DNA of 64,000 bases from an uncultured Planctomycetota bacterium (lineage in GTDB: Bacteria; Planctomycetota; Planctomycetia; Isosphaerales; Isosphaeraceae), in assembly GCA_963823665.1 (NCBI GenBank), contig CAWGMQ010000011.1, positions 384,001 to 448,000 of the forward strand. Reading direction: 5' to 3'. Position 1 is the stretch's first letter. Every line of letters begins with the position of its first letter. Of this stretch, positions 23,904 through 34,639 are shown in pieces. The notes under the pieces are model-generated. The model had not been told where the DNA came from. It searched no databases and worked only from the letters and a program-made list of their open reading frames with translations. Made by a program: the position numbers and the translations under genes.

Positions 23904-24320
23904 GTGGCCGAGCATCGGATCCGCCTTCGTGGTGCTTGGGAATGCCGGAGCAGCTCGTGTTCGACCGAGCCGCCGGAGCGGATCAACTTGCCCATCCACT
24001 GGGACCCGCGAAATCCTCGCCGTTTGTGCCTCTCGCGACGGTTCGGCCGCCCGCCGGCCGATTTCCGGAGCGAGCGCTTGCTGCTGGAGCTCGACCAGGC
24101 TCGCGGAATCCACTCGCTCTCTCTCAACGGAACGACCCTTCCCGCAATTTCTCCGGCGAAATCCTACTACCTTATCTCGCTCCCGGAAATAGAGGAGCGG
24201 AACATCCTGGTTCTGGAGATTGAAACTGGCGAAGCTTGCCAGGGCGTAGATGAGAGCGATTCGGACTGGGGCCGGATCGCGATTGTCGTCCGGCCGATTG
24301 AGCGAGGTGCTGAATCGTGA
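23904..24320 (+). CDS. Hypothetical protein (possible galactose-binding-like fold)
   Basis: 138 aa; HRIRLRGAW, RRFGRP, LSLNG, RNILVLEI. Confidence 0.6.
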   Translation: MAEHRIRLRGAWECRSSSCSTEPPERINLPIHWDPRNPRRLCLSRRFGRPPADFRSERLLLELDQARGIHSLSLNGTTLPAISPAKSYYLISLPEIEERNILVLEIETGEACQGVDESDSDWGRIAIVVRPIERGAES

Positions 24321-24366
24321 ATCAGTCGAGCTCCGGCCTCGCCGGCGTGTGCCGTGGGGCGAATCC

Positions 24367-24509
24367 CTTCGGAGCGAAGGGCGACAATGGGGCGGGGTCT
24401 GGAGACCCGTGCCGAACGTCTGGAGACCTTCGGTCGTTCAGAGGGCGGGGTCGGAGTCCCGCGCCCAACAACGGGAGCGCGGCGGATCTCTTCGGAGCGA
24501 AGGGCGACA
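24367..24509 (+). repeat. Mosaic of interspersed palindromic repeats
   Basis: 20-bp direct repeat CTTCGGAGCGAAGGGCGACA at 24367 and 24490 flanks two copies of GGGCGGGGTC(T)GGAG(A/T)CCCG(T/C)GCC(G/C)AAC. Confidence 0.75.
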
Positions 24510-24660
24510 CTGTTCGAGGATCCCTTGCATGGACCGCGGTGGCTGGGATGGCACGCGCCGGCCCCTTGGCGGAGCCGGGTGCGTTGGCATAAGATAAAAC
24601 CTGATTCTGGTTCCGATTCCATGTCGGTTGCCCGCACGGTCGACTCGTGGCGAGGTCCTG

Positions 24661-25461
24661 ATGTTCGACACCGAACGAGAACAGATTCGCAAGACTTATC
24701 AGCTCTGCCGGTTCGGCTTCGGCAGCTACGGGGCGGCACTGCTCGTCGCGGCGGTGACCGCTGTGATTGGCTTGCTGGCGATGTTTCGCGTCGATCAGGT
24801 GCGGTGGATCCTGGTGCAGCCCTGGTACAGTTGGCTCGACACGCCGATTGTCTGGCTCCGGTTGATCGGAGCCATCGTGCTCTGGGGACGCTGGGACCAG
24901 AAGAGCTGGCAGCGCAGAACGAGCGTGTTGCTGACTCTATGCACGGCAGACATTGTTCTCTGGGTGATCGCTCGCGGGGCAGTCCTGGGATTGCACGGGG
25001 GTGACATCGGCCACGAATATTTGAGGGCCATCATTCGCGAAGCGATGAGCTGGGGGCGGATGGCTCTGCTCTCGAGCCTGGCCGGCGACTATCTGGTGCA
25101 TCTGGGTGTCGAGAATGCACGCGAATCAGACAAGCTCACCCGGTCCATGATCGTCACCGGAGCACTCGTCTGGCTGCTATGGGTCTGTCAGCAGACGAAC
25201 TGGGCGGCATGGCCGCTCCAGCACCTGGGCCGGCGCAACCTCGAGAGTGAACTGCTGCTGCACGGCTTCACGCTCATTTACTCGATCACGCTCATCCAGG
25301 TGACCGCGCTCGTTATCTCGGCTGCACGCCAGACCACGGCGACCCTCACCGAGATGGACCGCGAGGATCAGGAAGACGACCTGCTCCGTCCTCAGTCGGA
25401 CGTCTACCAGGATTCCGCCAACGACTGGTGGCGTGACGACGTTCCGGGGAAGAACAAGTGA
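24661..25461 (+). CDS. Hypothetical multi-pass membrane protein
   Basis: About 6 hydrophobic segments and an acidic C-terminal tail. Confidence 0.75.
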   Translation: MFDTEREQIRKTYQLCRFGFGSYGAALLVAAVTAVIGLLAMFRVDQVRWILVQPWYSWLDTPIVWLRLIGAIVLWGRWDQKSWQRRTSVLLTLCTADIVLWVIARGAVLGLHGGDIGHEYLRAIIREAMSWGRMALLSSLAGDYLVHLGVENARESDKLTRSMIVTGALVWLLWVCQQTNWAAWPLQHLGRRNLESELLLHGFTLIYSITLIQVTALVISAARQTTATLTEMDREDQEDDLLRPQSDVYQDSANDWWRDDVPGKNK

Positions 25462-25466
25462 TGCGA

Positions 25467-26477
25467 CTACGTCCAACTGATCGCGGGGCCGGATGGCTCG
25501 CCCTCGCCCGAGCGGCCCACGCCCGATCCGTCCACGCCGGAGCCGGAGGGAAGGAGCTCGCGGAGTGACCTGGGAAGCGGAAAATGGACGTTCTCTTCGC
25601 GGATCGTCTCTTCGTGAAAGGTTGCACCGAAGTTCCGCGCCAGGTATTCCACACACTCCTGCACGACGTGCTCCGGTGCGCTGGCGCCGGCCGTGACCAG
25701 AAGCGTGTCGACCCCCTCGAACCACTCATCCCGAATCTCATCGACACCATCGATCAAGTAAGACGGGATTCCCAATCCGTTGGCGATCTCGGCGAGTCTG
25801 CGGCTGTTCGAGCTGTTCTGACTGCCGAGCACCAGCACGAGATCAGCCTGGGCCGCCATGTGCCGCACGGCTTCCTGACGGTTCTGTGTGGCGTAGCAAA
25901 TGTCGTCTTTGGGCGGGTTGGCGATGCTGGGGAACCTTTTCCGGAGGGCAGCGATGACGACGTTGGCGTCGTCGACGCTGAGGGTTGTCTGGGTGAGGTA
26001 AGCGACTTTGGTGGGGTCTGGCACATTCAGCCGCTCGACGTCGTCGGCGGTTTCGACGAGGATCATCTGCTTAGGGGCTTCGCCCATGGTGCCGATCACT
26101 TCGTCGTGGCCTTCGTGGCCGATCAAGATGATGGTGTAGCCTTCCCGAGCGTAGCGGACGGCCTCGAGGTGCACTTTGATGACGAGCGGGCAGGTTGCGT
26201 CGATGGCGAGCAGCCGGCGTTTCTGCGCCTGGTCGCGGATCTGGGGGGAGACGCCGTGAGCGCTGTAGAGGAGCGGCGAGCCTGGTGGAACCTCGTCGAG
26301 CGACTCGACGAAAACGGTGCCGCGCTCGCGAAAGCGATCGACAACGAACTTGTTATGGACGATCTCGTGATAGACGTAGAGGGGCGGCCCGAAGAATTCG
26401 AGCGCTCGCTCGAGGCACTCGATCGCCATATTGACGCCCGCGCAAAACCCTCGCGGATTGGCCAGCAGGATCTTCAT
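25467..26477 (-). CDS. ispH: 4-hydroxy-3-methylbut-2-enyl diphosphate reductase
   Basis: PRGFCAGV, EIVHN, SAHG, DATCPLV, QTT, ICYATQNRQ, SSNS, TAGASAP. Confidence 0.97.
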   Translation of the reverse strand: MKILLANPRGFCAGVNMAIECLERALEFFGPPLYVYHEIVHNKFVVDRFRERGTVFVESLDEVPPGSPLLYSAHGVSPQIRDQAQKRRLLAIDATCPLVIKVHLEAVRYAREGYTIILIGHEGHDEVIGTMGEAPKQMILVETADDVERLNVPDPTKVAYLTQTTLSVDDANVVIAALRKRFPSIANPPKDDICYATQNRQEAVRHMAAQADLVLVLGSQNSSNSRRLAEIANGLGIPSYLIDGVDEIRDEWFEGVDTLLVTAGASAPEHVVQECVEYLARNFGATFHEETIREENVHFPLPRSLRELLPSGSGVDGSGVGRSGEGEPSGPAISWT

Positions 26478-26654
26478 CAGCACGCAGCCTCCGGGACGTG
26501 AAAGAATCGTGGCCCTCATGGTATGCGTTTTCGGCGGCGAGGGAAAGGTGAGACGGCCTCCAGCGGCGGATTCTTGATGCGGGGCGTCATTCTCTGCTAC
26601 AGTCCCATTCACGGATCATGTCCAGCGCTACAAGGACGAGATGGAGGCTTGAGG

Positions 26655-27230
26655 ATGAAACCGACGGAGGAGCGGCTATGCGATGCGCACCAGATCGGCG
26701 GTCTGATCTCTGCGATGGCCCGCAAGCTCGCGGAGTCTGCGCGGCGCAAGAAGCCGCTGTTCATGGTCGGGATTCGCTCACGGGGTGTGCCCCTGGCGGA
26801 ACGGCTGGCGCGTGAGCTGCGTGTTCTGCTCGACCAGGAGGTCGAGGTGGGCGCGGTCGATATCACGCTCTACCGCGACGATCTGGGCCAGGGAGAGCGC
26901 TGGCCGGTGCTTCGCGGCACCGAGATCGACTTCGCCCTGGATGGGGCCGAAGTGGTGCTGGTGGATGACGTGCTGTTCACCGGGCGCACGGTCCGCGCCG
27001 CCTTGAACGCAATCTGCGACCTGGGCCGGCCGGCGTGCATCCGCCTGGCGGCGCTCGTCGATCGCGGCCATCGTGAGATTCCGATCCATCCTGACGTGGT
27101 GGGCTTGTCGCTCAAGACGGATCGAGAAGACCACGTCCGGGTTTGCCTGAAGCCGGTCGATCCGGTCGAAGAAATCGTCAAGATCACGCATGCTCTCAGC
27201 CCACCTGCAGCGGAGAGGAGCAGGCCGTGA
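26655..27230 (+). CDS. pyrR: Bifunctional pyr regulator/uracil phosphoribosyltransferase
   Basis: GIRSRGVPLA, DITLYRDD, LVDDVLFTGRT, DRGHREIPI. Confidence 0.95.
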   Translation: MKPTEERLCDAHQIGGLISAMARKLAESARRKKPLFMVGIRSRGVPLAERLARELRVLLDQEVEVGAVDITLYRDDLGQGERWPVLRGTEIDFALDGAEVVLVDDVLFTGRTVRAALNAICDLGRPACIRLAALVDRGHREIPIHPDVVGLSLKTDREDHVRVCLKPVDPVEEIVKITHALSPPAAERSRP

Positions 27231-28219
27231 CGGCTCAAGCGCCGCACTCAGACGGTGAGAGCACTGCGCGGTTTGCCCGCCGGCATCTGCTGGGTCTGGA
27301 GGAGCTTTCCGCCGACGAGATCCTGGCCGTGCTCGATACCTCGGAGTCGTTTGCGGAGATCTCGACGCGCAGCCGGAAGAAGGTGCCGGCCATGCAGGGC
27401 CGGATTGTCTTCAACCTGTTCTTCGAGAATTCGACGCGCACGCGCACGAGCTTCAGCCTGGCGGCCAAGCGGCTCTCGGCCGATACGCAAGACTTCTCGC
27501 CCAGCGGATCGAGCCTTTCCAAGGGCGAGTCGTTCATTGACACCGCCAAAAACATTGAAGCCATGGGGGCCGATGTCATCGTGGTGCGCCATCCCACCCC
27601 GGGCACACCGCTCATGCTCTCGCAGCACCTGAAGTGTTCGATCATCAATGCCGGCGACGGTGCGCACGAGCACCCGACCCAGGCCCTGCTCGACCTGATG
27701 ACGATCAGGCGCAAGAAAGGCAGGATCGCGGGGCTGACCGTCGGGCTGCTCGGTGATATCGCGCACTCCCGCGTCGCGCGGTCCAACATCTGGGGGCTGC
27801 TCAAGCTGGGCGCCAAGGTCATCCTGTGCGGGCCTCCGACCCTGGTGCCCCGGGGCTGGGAGCGCATGGGTTGCGAGGTTTGCTATCATCTGGATCAAGT
27901 TCTGCCGCGCTGCGATGTGGTCAACGTGCTGCGCATCCAGTTCGAGCGGCAGCAGGGAGGGTTGTTTCCTTCGATCGGCGAGTATTCGCAATTCTATATG
28001 ATGACGCGCGAGCGGCTGCGGCTGGCCCGGAGCGACTTGCTGATCCTGGCACCGGGGCCGGTGAACCGCGGAGTCGAGCTCACGCCGGAAGTCGCCGACG
28101 GCGAGCACTCGGCGATCCTCGATCAAGTGACGAACGGGCTGGCCGTGCGGATGGCGGTGCTTTATCTTCTCTCAGGCGGCACGGGCCCCAAGACGGCCCT
28201 GCGTGACGGGCGAAATTGA
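27227..28219 (+). CDS. pyrB: Aspartate carbamoyltransferase catalytic subunit
   Basis: FFENSTRT, HEHPTQALLD, GDIAHSRV, RIQFER; GTG overlaps the pyrR stop. Confidence 0.97.
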   Translation: MTAQAPHSDGESTARFARRHLLGLEELSADEILAVLDTSESFAEISTRSRKKVPAMQGRIVFNLFFENSTRTRTSFSLAAKRLSADTQDFSPSGSSLSKGESFIDTAKNIEAMGADVIVVRHPTPGTPLMLSQHLKCSIINAGDGAHEHPTQALLDLMTIRRKKGRIAGLTVGLLGDIAHSRVARSNIWGLLKLGAKVILCGPPTLVPRGWERMGCEVCYHLDQVLPRCDVVNVLRIQFERQQGGLFPSIGEYSQFYMMTRERLRLARSDLLILAPGPVNRGVELTPEVADGEHSAILDQVTNGLAVRMAVLYLLSGGTGPKTALRDGRN

Positions 28220-28243
28220 CTTGCGCGGACGGGGAAACTAGCC

Positions 28244-29557
28244 GTGCGGACGATTCAGATCAGCGGCGGGCGGATCATCGACCCCGCGCAGCAAATTGAC
28301 CAGATCGGCGATCTGTGGATCAGCCGCGGGCGGATCTTGCCGCATGGGTCCGGCTGCGAGGACGCCGAGATCTCGATCGACGCCAGGGGCATGCTGGTGT
28401 GTCCCGGCTTGATCGACGCCCACGTTCATCTTCGTGAGCCGGGCAACGAAGAGGACGAGACAATCGCGACGGGTGCAAGTGCCGCCCTGGCCGCCGGCGT
28501 GACGTCGGTTGCCTGCATGCCGAACACGATGCCCGCAATCGACTCGCAGGCGGCGGCCGAATTCGTGGTGCTTCAGGCGCAGCGAGCGCGGCAGGCCAAC
28601 GTCTATCCCGTGGGGGCCGTCAGCAAGGGGCGGAAGGGGGAAGAGCTTGCGGAGCTCGGCCAGCTCGTCGCCGGCGGCGCAGTGGCCTTCACTGACGACG
28701 GCTCGCCGGTGGCCTCGGCGTCGCTGATGAGGCGAGCACTCGAATACGCCAAGATGTTCGACCGCGTGATCATGCAGCATTGCCAGGTGCCCGAGCTGAC
28801 GACCGGCGGCGTCATGAACGAGGGGCTGGTCTCGATGCGGCTCGGCCTGCCCGGCATGCCGGCGGCCGCCGAAGACATCATGGTCGCCCGCGACATTCGA
28901 CTCGCCGAGATCACCGGCGGCCGCTTGCACATCCAGCACATCTCGACGGCCCGTTCCGTCGAGCTGGTGCGCGAAGGCCAGCGCCGCGGAGTTCGCGTCA
29001 CGGCCGAGGCCTGCCCTCATCATTTCACATTGACCGATGAAGAGCTGAATGCATTCGATTCCAACTTCAAGATGAACCCGCCGCTGCGCCCGTGGAGCGA
29101 CGTCGAGGCCGTGATCGAAGGGCTCAAGGACAATACGATCTCGATCATCGCCACCGACCACGCACCCCACGCCAGCGAAAAAAAGATGAGGGAGATCGAC
29201 CAGGCCCCGTTCGGGATCGTCGGCCTCGAGACGCTGGTTCCGATCACCGTGAAGAGCCTCGTCGAGCCAGGCTACCTGTCCTGGCCGGAAGTGATTCGCA
29301 AGCTGACCTCTAACCCGGCAGCGCTCCTGGGCATTCCCAAGGGGACCCTCCGCCCCGGCTCGGACGCTGATGTCACGATCATCGACCCCGACCTGGAGTG
29401 GACGATCGACCCCGATCAGTTCCGCTCCAAGAGCCGGAACACACCGTTCGGCGGCTGGAAGGTCCGCGGCCGAGCGCACACGGTCATCGTCGGGGGCGAG
29501 GTCCGGTTCAGCCTGGGCGGCATCGTGCAGCAAGCCGGCGCGCCCGTTCCCGTTTAA
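28244..29557 (+). CDS. pyrC: Dihydroorotase
   Basis: DAHVHLREPG, MPNT, KMNPPLR, ATDHAPH, SKSRNTPF. Confidence 0.95.
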   Translation: MRTIQISGGRIIDPAQQIDQIGDLWISRGRILPHGSGCEDAEISIDARGMLVCPGLIDAHVHLREPGNEEDETIATGASAALAAGVTSVACMPNTMPAIDSQAAAEFVVLQAQRARQANVYPVGAVSKGRKGEELAELGQLVAGGAVAFTDDGSPVASASLMRRALEYAKMFDRVIMQHCQVPELTTGGVMNEGLVSMRLGLPGMPAAAEDIMVARDIRLAEITGGRLHIQHISTARSVELVREGQRRGVRVTAEACPHHFTLTDEELNAFDSNFKMNPPLRPWSDVEAVIEGLKDNTISIIATDHAPHASEKKMREIDQAPFGIVGLETLVPITVKSLVEPGYLSWPEVIRKLTSNPAALLGIPKGTLRPGSDADVTIIDPDLEWTIDPDQFRSKSRNTPFGGWKVRGRAHTVIVGGEVRFSLGGIVQQAGAPVPV

Positions 29558-29594
29558 CGTAGGTCAGGCTTTAGCCTGACAATCCGATCCAATC

Positions 29595-30211
29595 ATGCGT
29601 TGGCTGATCGACGGATACAACGTGATGCACGCCGGGGGCCGGTTGGGGCCGAAGCTCTCGCGCGAGGGGTTCCGTCGCGCCCGCCGGCGCTTTCTGGATG
29701 AGCTAGCGCAGACGCTCGGCCAGGCGGTTGCCGCGGAGACGACCGTGGTTCTCGACGCCTCCGTTCCCCCGGGCGACTTCCCGAGCGAGTCGAATTACAA
29801 AGGACTTTCGGTGCTCTTCGCCCTTGGCGAGGAGAATGCCGACGCTCGGATTGAAGCGCTCATCCGCGCCGACTCGAGTCCGAAATCGCTAACCGTCGTC
29901 TCTTCCGACAACCGCATCCGGCTGGCGGCCTCGAAACGCCGCTGCCAGTGGCTCACCTCCGAGAAGTACTGGGAGCTGCTCGACAACCTCAAGGAATCGC
30001 GCGCAAAAAACCTGCCGCGCCGTCCGGACCCACGGCGCCGGGCCCTGCCAACCAACCAGAAAGCCCGCGCGACGACGATTCGTACTGGCTGGGTGTGTTC
30101 GCCGAGCTGGATCAATCGCCGGAGATTCGACAGGTGTCGACATCCGCCCCGCAGCTTCTGACCGACGCCGAGATCGAGGCGATCGAGCGCGAAATCGAGC
30201 GAGAGGGGTGA
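29595..30211 (+). CDS. YacP-like NYN domain protein (frameshift ~30055)
   Basis: LIDGYNV, VVLD, ADARIE, VVSSD; acidic C-terminus in ORF 29948-30211. Confidence 0.85.
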
Positions 30212-30348
30212 GGCCGGGAATTGGAATTCCACCTATTACTCTTCCGTCCAGGATGAATTAGAATGCCTGACTCGAAGTCTCCGGCGGAGGGTGCGGTTGC
30301 AAGCCCTGGGTGACTCTTCGGCAGTGCTGGCTGGTGAGGTTCTGGTCA

Positions 30349-31647
30349 ATGATGAGCCGGGGGCGGCGGCAACTTCTCGACGCGTCGGACGACCTCGACC
30401 CCGGATACTCGGACCGCTCGGCGTCGACATTCACCGACAACATGCGCTTGCCGGTGCACCGATGGTTCCGGTTCAGCGCGGGCTTTTCTGCCTTGTGGGC
30501 CGAGTCTCTGATCCGGGCGCATTCCGAGCGAGGGGCAACGGTCGTGCTCGACCCCTTTGCGGGCTCAGGAACGACGTTGCTGGCTGCTGAAAACGTGGGC
30601 GTCGAAAGCTATGGAATCGAAGCGCACCCGTTCGTGGCGAGAGTTGCCCGGGCCAAGCTGGCACGTCGCAGCAATCCGGAGAAATATCGAGACGCGATCG
30701 CGAGAGTCAATCGGATTGCGGCTTCAAGAACGCCTGAAATCGACCATTATCCGTCGCTGATCCGAAGCTGCTACGACGACGGCTCGTTGTCGCAGCTCGA
30801 CGTTTTGCGGCAAGCTGTCAGCGGCATTGCTGACGGCGCTGACGCGTCGGAGCTGGCGTGGCTCACCTTGGTCGGCATCCTTCGAAGAGTTTCGCACGCC
30901 AATACAGCGCAGTGGCAGTACGTGCTCCCGAGAAAGAGCAAGCGGAGCGCGGAACACCCGGCGGTGGCGTTCGAGCAGTTTTCGAGGGTCGTCGATCGCG
31001 ACATCCGATTATCCCAGGACACAACCGGACCGCCGGCCGTCTTTCGCCAGACAGACGCTCGAACGTGTGAAGGCGTGCCTTTGGCTCGAGTGAATCTTGT
31101 GCTGACATCACCGCCGTATCCGAACAACTACGACTACGCCGATGCGACGCGGCTGGAAATGTCGTTCATGCGCGAGATTAACGGCTGGGGTGACCTGCAA
31201 GGAGCGGTTCGTCATCGGTTGATCCGGTCTTGCTCGCAGCATGTGCCGACGAGCGCGGTCGATCTCGAGTCGGTGCTCTCCAGCGACCTGCTCGAGCCCA
31301 TCAAACGGGATATCCGGAGAGTGTGCCGAGAATTAGCCCAGATTCGTCTCTCGAGGGCGGGAAAGAAGACGTACCATCTGATGGTGGCGTGCTATTTCCT
31401 TGATCTGGCGCGGGTCTGGCGAGCGCTTCGCTCGGTCTGCGCGACACCGTCGAACCTGTGCTTCGTGATCGGCGATTCGGCTCCGTACGGAGTGTATGTT
31501 CCGGTGATCGAATGGCTGGGCAAGCTGGCTGTTTCTGCTGGATTTGAGTCGTTTCGATTTGAACGAACGAGGGACAGAAATGTGAAATGGAAGAATCGGA
31601 AACACAGAGTCCCGCTTTGTGAGGGCCGGCTCTGGGTGGAGGGATAG
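30349..31647 (+). CDS. Amino-DNA methyltransferase (probably N4-cytosine), apparently orphan
   Basis: Motif [10 protein letters not shown] precedes motif [20 protein letters not shown]; no endonuclease ORF adjacent. Confidence 0.9.
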   Translation: MMSRGRRQLLDASDDLDPGYSDRSASTFTDNMRLPVHRWFRFSAGFSALWAESLIRAHSERGATVVLDPFAGSGTTLLAAENVGVESYGIEAHPFVARVARAKLARRSNPEKYRDAIARVNRIAASRTPEIDHYPSLIRSCYDDGSLSQLDVLRQAVSGIADGADASELAWLTLVGILRRVSHANTAQWQYVLPRKSKRSAEHPAVAFEQFSRVVDRDIRLSQDTTGPPAVFRQTDARTCEGVPLARVNLVLTSPPYPNNYDYADATRLEMSFMREINGWGDLQGAVRHRLIRSCSQHVPTSAVDLESVLSSDLLEPIKRDIRRVCRELAQIRLSRAGKKTYHLMVACYFLDLARVWRALRSVCATPSNLCFVIGDSAPYGVYVPVIEWLGKLAVSAGFESFRFERTRDRNVKWKNRKHRVPLCEGRLWVEG

Positions 31648-31709
31648 AGACGTTCCGAATCACAGGGTCGAGCATTCGCAACAAGAATCCGATTGAGGGT
31701 CTTCGCGCA

Positions 31710-32960
31710 ATGAAAGTACATGAATACCAGGCGAAAGAGCTGCTCAAGAAGGCTGGGGTCGCCGTTCCGGAAGGCATTGTGGTGACCACTCCCGAAGAAG
31801 CAGCGAGGGCTTATACCACGCTGGGCGGCGGTTTGATCGTGGTCAAAGCTCAGGTGCACGCGGGGGGGCGAGGCAAGGGAGTTGCCATCGGCCCAGGTGA
31901 CGACCGGGCGCTCGCGCTCGAGATTGCCAGCGGCCGCAAGCCCAGGCCCGAATCCATGGCGAAAGGCGTGCAGCTCGTCAAGTCGGCTGAAGATGCACAG
32001 AAGGCCGCTGCCAGCCTGCTGGGTAAAACGCTGGTGACGTATCAGACTGGGCTGCAAGGCAGCCCGATCTCCAAGGTGCTCGTCACCGTCGGGCACGACA
32101 TCGCCCGCGAGCTTTATCTCGGCATGGCGATCGACCGCGGTCTCCAATGTCCCGTGCTCATGGCGTCGACCGAAGGTGGCGTCGAGATCGAGACCGTTGC
32201 GCACACGAATCCCGAGAAGATCTTGCGGGTGCCGATTGATGTGGGCCTGGGACTGGCTGATTTCCAGGCGCGGAAGATCTGCAAGGCCCTTGCGCTTTCG
32301 GGCGACTCGGCCAAGAAGGGAGCTGTGTTCTTCAAGAACTTCGTCAAGCTCTTCCAGGATACCGATGCGTCACTGGCCGAAATCAATCCGATGATTGTGA
32401 CTGCCTCGGGAGACGTTCTGGCGCTCGATTGCAAGCTCAACTTCGACGACAACGCGCTCTTTCGTCACAAAGACATCGCCGCGATGCTTGATGAAACCGA
32501 GGAAGACCCGGCCGAGCTGCGTGCCAGCCGCATCGGGCTTTCCTACGTGAGCCTGGACGGCGACATCGCCTGCCTGGTCAACGGGGCGGGCCTGGCGATG
32601 AGCACGATGGACCTGATCAAGTATCACGGCGGCGAGCCGGCGAACTTCCTGGACGTGGGCGGTGGCGCCAACAAAGACCAGGTGCTCGAGGGTTTCCGCA
32701 TCCTGCTTTCGGCCCCGCGCGTGAAGGCGGTGCTGGTGAATATCTTCGGCGGGATCATGAAGTGCGACACGATCGCGACGGCGCTTCTGGCCGCCTATAG
32801 CGAGCTCGATTTCCGCGTGCCGCTCGTGGTGCGGCTTGAAGGAACCAACGTCGAGCTGGGCAAGAAGCTCATCAAGGAAAGCGGCCGCCCGATCGTGACG
32901 GCCGACGGCCTCGCCGACGCGGCGAAGAAAGTGGTGGCAGCGTCCAAGGGGGCGGCGTGA
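31710..32960 (+). CDS. sucC: Succinyl-CoA ligase beta subunit
   Basis: [43 protein letters not shown]. Confidence 0.97.
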   Translation: MKVHEYQAKELLKKAGVAVPEGIVVTTPEEAARAYTTLGGGLIVVKAQVHAGGRGKGVAIGPGDDRALALEIASGRKPRPESMAKGVQLVKSAEDAQKAAASLLGKTLVTYQTGLQGSPISKVLVTVGHDIARELYLGMAIDRGLQCPVLMASTEGGVEIETVAHTNPEKILRVPIDVGLGLADFQARKICKALALSGDSAKKGAVFFKNFVKLFQDTDASLAEINPMIVTASGDVLALDCKLNFDDNALFRHKDIAAMLDETEEDPAELRASRIGLSYVSLDGDIACLVNGAGLAMSTMDLIKYHGGEPANFLDVGGGANKDQVLEGFRILLSAPRVKAVLVNIFGGIMKCDTIATALLAAYSELDFRVPLVVRLEGTNVELGKKLIKESGRPIVTADGLADAAKKVVAASKGAA

Positions 32961-33099
32961 GAGTGAGAGGTGCGCAGGACCTCGCCGATGTCATCGGATT
33001 GATACGTCAGAACAAACTGACTGGTGATTTCGCAACGCACATGGACAAGTCACTCCGTGGTGAGTATCGCAAATTAGTGAAAGCAATCCGGGAGGATAA

Positions 33100-33981
33100 A
33101 TGAGCATTCTGGTCGACAAGAACACGCGGCTGATCTGTCAGGGCATCACCGGCAAGGCCGGGGCGTTTCACTCGGAACAGTGCCAGGCTTACGGCACGAA
33201 CCTGGTCGGCGGCATCACGCCCGGCCGGGGCGGGACCACGACGCTGGGCGTGCCGATTTTCGACACGTGCGCCGAGGCCGTCGCGGCCACTGGCGCGAAC
33301 GCCACCATGATCTTCGTGCCTCCGCCATTTGCGGCCGACGCCATCATGGAAGCGGCCGACGCCGGCATCAAGGTGATCGTGGCGATCACGGAAGGCATCC
33401 CGGTGGTCGATATGGTGCGTGCCGTTGCCTACCTCAAAGCCCATCACCCCGCTGCGCGGCTGATCGGACCGAATTGCCCGGGGATCATCACGCCGGGGGC
33501 CTGCAAGATCGGCATCATGCCGGGTTATATCCACAAGCCGGGGCGCGTCGGCGTGGTCAGCCGATCGGGAACGCTCACCTACGAAGGCGTGTGGCAGCTC
33601 ACGAGCCTGGGTATCGGACAGAGTACGTGTGTCGGCATCGGCGGCGACCCGGTCAACGGCACGAGCTTCGTCGATACGCTCACGCTCTTCGAAGCCGACC
33701 CCGATACCGACGCCGTGCTGATGATGGGCGAGATCGGCGGCAATGCCGAGGAACAAGCGGCGGCACTCAAGGCGTCGGGCAAGTTCACCAAGCCCATCGC
33801 CGCGTTCATCGCGGGGCAGACCGCGCCGCCTGGTAAGCGCATGGGACACGCCGGCGCGATCATCTCGGGCGGCTCGGGCAAGGCCGAGGACAAAATCGCT
33901 GCTCTCGAGGGCGCCGGAATCCGCGTGGCCAAGAGCCCGGCCGACATGGGTAGCACCTTGCAGGCGGTCCTCAAGGGGTGA
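33100..33981 (+). CDS. sucD: Succinyl-CoA ligase alpha subunit
   Basis: [27 protein letters not shown] (phospho-His). Confidence 0.97.
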   Translation: MSILVDKNTRLICQGITGKAGAFHSEQCQAYGTNLVGGITPGRGGTTTLGVPIFDTCAEAVAATGANATMIFVPPPFAADAIMEAADAGIKVIVAITEGIPVVDMVRAVAYLKAHHPAARLIGPNCPGIITPGACKIGIMPGYIHKPGRVGVVSRSGTLTYEGVWQLTSLGIGQSTCVGIGGDPVNGTSFVDTLTLFEADPDTDAVLMMGEIGGNAEEQAAALKASGKFTKPIAAFIAGQTAPPGKRMGHAGAIISGGSGKAEDKIAALEGAGIRVAKSPADMGSTLQAVLKG

Positions 33982-33989
33982 GGGCAGAG

Positions 33990-34568
33990 ATGAGCACCCG
34001 ACCAGACTGCACACACCCGGCCAACCCCTGGAAGACGCTCTCGAGCCGGGCTACGTACGAAAACCCCTGGATCGCCGTGCGAGAAGATCAGGTGATTCGC
34101 CCGGATGGATTACCCGGTATCTACGGCGTCGTCCACTTCAAGAATCGCGCTGTCGGTGTCTTGCCTGTCGAGCGGGATGGCACCATCTGGCTGGTCGGGC
34201 AATACCGCTATCCGCTCGCAGCCTATTCGTGGGAGATTCCCGAGGGAGGGTGCCCCGAGGCGGAATCGCCGGAAGAGACCGCCAGGCGCGAGCTGCGAGA
34301 GGAGACCGGGCTCGTGGCCTGTCGGATCGAGCTGGTGGCAACTTCGCATCTCTCGAACTCGGTCAGCGACGAGCTGGGCTACGTCTTTCGCGCCACGGAG
34401 CTAGAGCAAGGTGCCGACGAGCAGGAAGGGACCGAGCGGATTGCCGTGCGGAGAGTTGCTTGGGATGAAGGCTGGCGGATGTACAAGGCGGGCGAGATCA
34501 CGGATTCACTGAGCGTGATTGCCATTCTGCACGAGGCCGTGCGGCGGCTCGAGCGGGGCTTTGAGTGA
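33990..34568 (+). CDS. NUDIX hydrolase (ADP-ribose pyrophosphatase-like)
   Basis: Nudix box [22 protein letters not shown]. Confidence 0.92.
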   Translation: MSTRPDCTHPANPWKTLSSRATYENPWIAVREDQVIRPDGLPGIYGVVHFKNRAVGVLPVERDGTIWLVGQYRYPLAAYSWEIPEGGCPEAESPEETARRELREETGLVACRIELVATSHLSNSVSDELGYVFRATELEQGADEQEGTERIAVRRVAWDEGWRMYKAGEITDSLSVIAILHEAVRRLERGFE

Positions 34569-34639
34569 GCGATGCGAGTCCGCCTCCGTGCGGTCTCGTA
34601 TCCCCTTGACGTGGCTCTTGGAACTGCACGTTAATGCGA

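Noticed and set aside
24367..24509. CRISPR array
   Set aside because: Only two 20-bp copies, the spacer is itself repetitive, and there are no cas genes.
26480..26654. PyrR-binding attenuator upstream of pyrR
   Set aside because: No match to the ARUCCNGNGAGGYU loop and no terminator seen.
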